Assembly: GCF_001194135.2 (NCBI RefSeq)
Contig: NC_069000.1
Span: 46,342,552 to 46,396,451, forward strand
Source: Octopus bimaculoides
Taxonomy: Eukaryota
DNA: 53,900 bases
Direction: 5' to 3'
How positions within the stretch are numbered: position 1 is the stretch's first letter; each line of letters starts with the position of its first letter. The translations under genes and the position numbers were made by a program. Shown here piece after piece: positions 51,584 to 53,900 of the stretch. The notes beneath the pieces were generated by a model. It saw nothing but the letters and a program-made list of their open reading frames with translations, did not search any database and was not told the origin of the DNA.

Positions 51584-52170
51584 NNNNNNNNNNNNNNNNN
51601 NNNNNNNNNNNNNNNNNNNNNNNNNNNNNNNNNNNNNNNNNNNNNNNNNNNNNNNNNNNNNNNNNNNNNNNNNNNNNNNNNNNNNNNNNNNNNNNNNNNN
51701 NNNNNNNNNNNNNNNNNNNNNNNNNNNNNNNNNNNNNNNNNNNNNNNNNNNNNNNNNNNNNNNNNNNNNNNNNNNNNNNNNNNNNNNNNNNNNNNNNNNN
51801 NNNNNNNNNNNNNNNNNNNNNNNNNNNNNNNNNNNNNNNNNNNNNNNNNNNNNNNNNNNNNNNNNNNNNNNNNNNNNNNNNNNNNNNNNNNNNNNNNNNN
51901 NNNNNNTTCCGCCCACTTCGACGGGCACCAGACCACGCACCACCCTCACCCACACCCATTCGGTTCCATCCTTTCATCCACCCCCACTCCCACCCCCGAC
52001 CGACCGACCCTTCTTTCCAACACCTCACCCCTGCATTCCCCCCTCCCAACAGCCACACTTCACCATCCTGCCTAATATCAACACACACAGGCACATACAC
52101 ACAGGCACGTACATGTTCATATACATATGTACTAAAAGTGTTCACATACATACATGCACATATAAACACG

Positions 52171-52201
<31 letters not shown>

Positions 52202-52208
52202 CCATTGA

Positions 52209-52243
<35 letters not shown>

Positions 52244-52376
52244 ATACTTGAACACAGCCTTATATATATGTGTATATATATATGTACATATATATATATA
52301 TATACATACACACACAAATAGGATCCACACACAACTCACGACAAACATACACATATCTACATATACCCACCCAAAA

Positions 52377-52428
<52 letters not shown>

Positions 52429-52539
52429 ACATACACACACTTGTCCAATCCCCAATAACACACATGTACGCACGCGCGTGCACGACATAGCACACAGACN
52501 NNNNNNNNNCGTGCACGACATAGCACACAGACACACACA

Positions 52540-52579
<40 letters not shown>

Positions 52580-52659
52580 ATCTTGGTTGCTTTACCATCT
52601 AACCTAAGTCCCCACACACACATACATCCACACACAGACACATACACACCTTATCAGAC

Positions 52660-52949
52660 AGTTTCAATTCGTCAGCATGAGACCGAGGGTTGCGCGCGGG
52701 CAGGAGAGAGGGTGGTTCGGTTGTGGTAGGGCGTAAGGGGTTACCCTGGTTCTCCCTTGCCCGCCTCTATCTTCTCGGGTCTGCCCCCGCTGCCGCCTCG
52801 GTTCCAACTGTTGCAGCACACCCTCTCTCTCTGCTGGCGAACGTTACTTCAGTTAAATATCGTACACACGTAGCTTCAAGGAAGGCGACGACACGCGCTC
52901 ACACACCAACCACGGCTTCATACGGCGGTTGTCAAGCACGGAGCAAGCA
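52660..52949 (+). promoter_or_regulatory. CpG-rich promoter and 5' UTR of the SNAG gene; candidate initiator TCAGTT at 52849-52854 (TSS about 52851)
   Basis: Abrupt GC/CpG-rich unique sequence in an AT/microsatellite background. GC-box-like CTGCCCCCGC, a CT tract at about -30, no TATA box, and an Inr-like TTCAGTT followed by about 99 nt with no ATG before the SNAG start. Confidence 0.65.
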
Positions 52950-53070
52950 ATGCCACGCTCCTTTCTGTTCACCAATAAGCGATACTTCGCTGCTGCTTTG
53001 CCAGTGAGCAGCCCAACCAACTATGCTTACACTACATACATACAAAGCCACGACAGCGAGGGCGAGCACG
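52950..53070 (+). CDS. First coding exon of a SNAG-domain transcriptional repressor (Snail/Scratch/Gfi/Insm/Ovol-type C2H2 zinc-finger gene); peptide MPRSFLFTNKRYFAAALPVSSPTNYAYTTYIQSHDSEGEH, then a phase-1 intron
   Basis: Manual translation: ATG at 52950 gives MPRSFL, the canonical SNAG N-terminus. An in-frame TAA lies upstream (52854-52856) with no intervening ATG. Purine at -3. Donor ACG|gtaaat at 53070/53071. The unspliced frame stops after 51 codons, which is why the ORF track misses it. Zinc fingers are not in the window, so the subfamily cannot be assigned. Confidence 0.85.
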
Positions 53071-53192
53071 GTAAATCCACTTTTATATTCTATATCTATA
53101 TCTAAGTTATATTGCATATTGAACTATCTACCTCTATATCTATCTATCTGTCAATCTATCTATCAATCTATCTATCTATCAATCAATCAATC

Positions 53193-53249
<57 letters not shown>

Positions 53250-53421
53250 GTGTCTATCTATCTATCTACCGGTGTTTTTGTCTGTGTGTCTGTCTATTTA
53301 TATCAAGGTGCCGTTCTATCTTCCTCCCTATTTATTGGTCTTTACTTTCTATGTTGATATTACTTTTACTATTTACATTTATTGTTACATACAAACATAT
53401 ATATCTCTACATCTCTCTCTC

Positions 53422-53467
<46 letters not shown>

Positions 53468-53900
53468 CCTATATATACATATATAAACAAGTTGTTTGTG
53501 CTTGTGTTTATGTTGGCGGTGTGTTTCTCTGTGTGTATATAGGAATTTGAAAGTTATGCATCTCAGGTGTGTCTTCAACAAAATTCGAATCACCTTTAAT
53601 CACCTACAATCTATTGAACAGGTGAACACAATTATTAAACGAGTTAGCTCTGCCATTTCTTCAATGAAATTTATTGTTTACATGGGTAGACGTACATACG
53701 TATGTATGTATGTATGTATGTATGTATACAGTATATATATATGTGTGTAAATGTACACATGTTTTTTTTAATGTTTATACGTACGTAGAGGTATGTGCAT
53801 GTATGTATGTGTGTCTGGATGGGTTGATAAATGATTGAATGAATGAATTACTATATGAAAATAAAGTCGCCTATCTAAACTTTAATTTTAAACGTATATA
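53071..53900 (+). other. Intron 1 (5' part) of the SNAG gene, with (CTAT)n and (CT)n tracts and two CAGGTG E-boxes
   Basis: Follows the GT donor; stop codons and microsatellites; CAGGTG at 53564-53569 and AACAGGTG at 53617-53624. Confidence 0.7.

Larger units (their letters stand above)
1..53900. other. Pervasive microsatellites ((TA)n, (CA)n, (GA)n, (GATA)n, (CATA)n, (AAT)n, (CAC)n) and about 20 assembly gaps
   Basis: Direct reading; most gaps are bordered by microsatellites, typical of short-read assembly breaks. Confidence 0.95.

Noticed and set aside
52479-52531. Direct repeat GTGCACGACATAGCACACAGAC on both sides of a 10-N gap
   Set aside because: Typical unmerged contig-overlap artefact.
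4054-52850. OVO/OVOL CCGTTA sites as evidence for autoregulation or Ovo identity
   Set aside because: The few hexamers seen (for example 4055 and 37981) are within chance expectation; the AACGTTAC near the TSS is not a consensus match.
967-53750. Long ORFs in the supplied track (poly-[13 protein letters not shown], poly-L/M/R/H)
   Set aside because: Products of N-runs and simple repeats; no domain signal.

Overview
Eukaryotic, gap-rich genomic scaffold: about 20 N-runs totalling roughly 8 kb, extremely dense in microsatellites, with tRNA-derived SINE families I recognise from octopus. It is most likely an Octopus genome; this is inferred, not database-checked. Nearly all ORFs in the supplied track are microsatellite or N-run artefacts. 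The one convincing host gene signal is missing from the track. At 52950-53070 (+) lies a first coding exon starting with a SNAG motif (MPRSFLFTNKRY...), with a CpG-rich promoter, a TCAGTT initiator and a phase-1 GT donor. It is the 5' end of a SNAG-domain repressor of the Snail/Scratch/Gfi/Insm/Ovol type, whose remaining exons lie beyond the window. The ~52 kb upstream looks like its gene-poor regulatory landscape. That region holds dead TE fragments (HERO-like, two R4/Dong-like RLE LINEs, RTE/BovB, mariner, many SINEs) and one well-formed and one degenerate Penelope-type hammerhead ribozyme motif. It also holds several inverted repeats or palindromes, unique CpG- or TF-motif-rich islands, and low-confidence minus-strand exon candidates. 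I found no prokaryotic-type system such as CRISPR.
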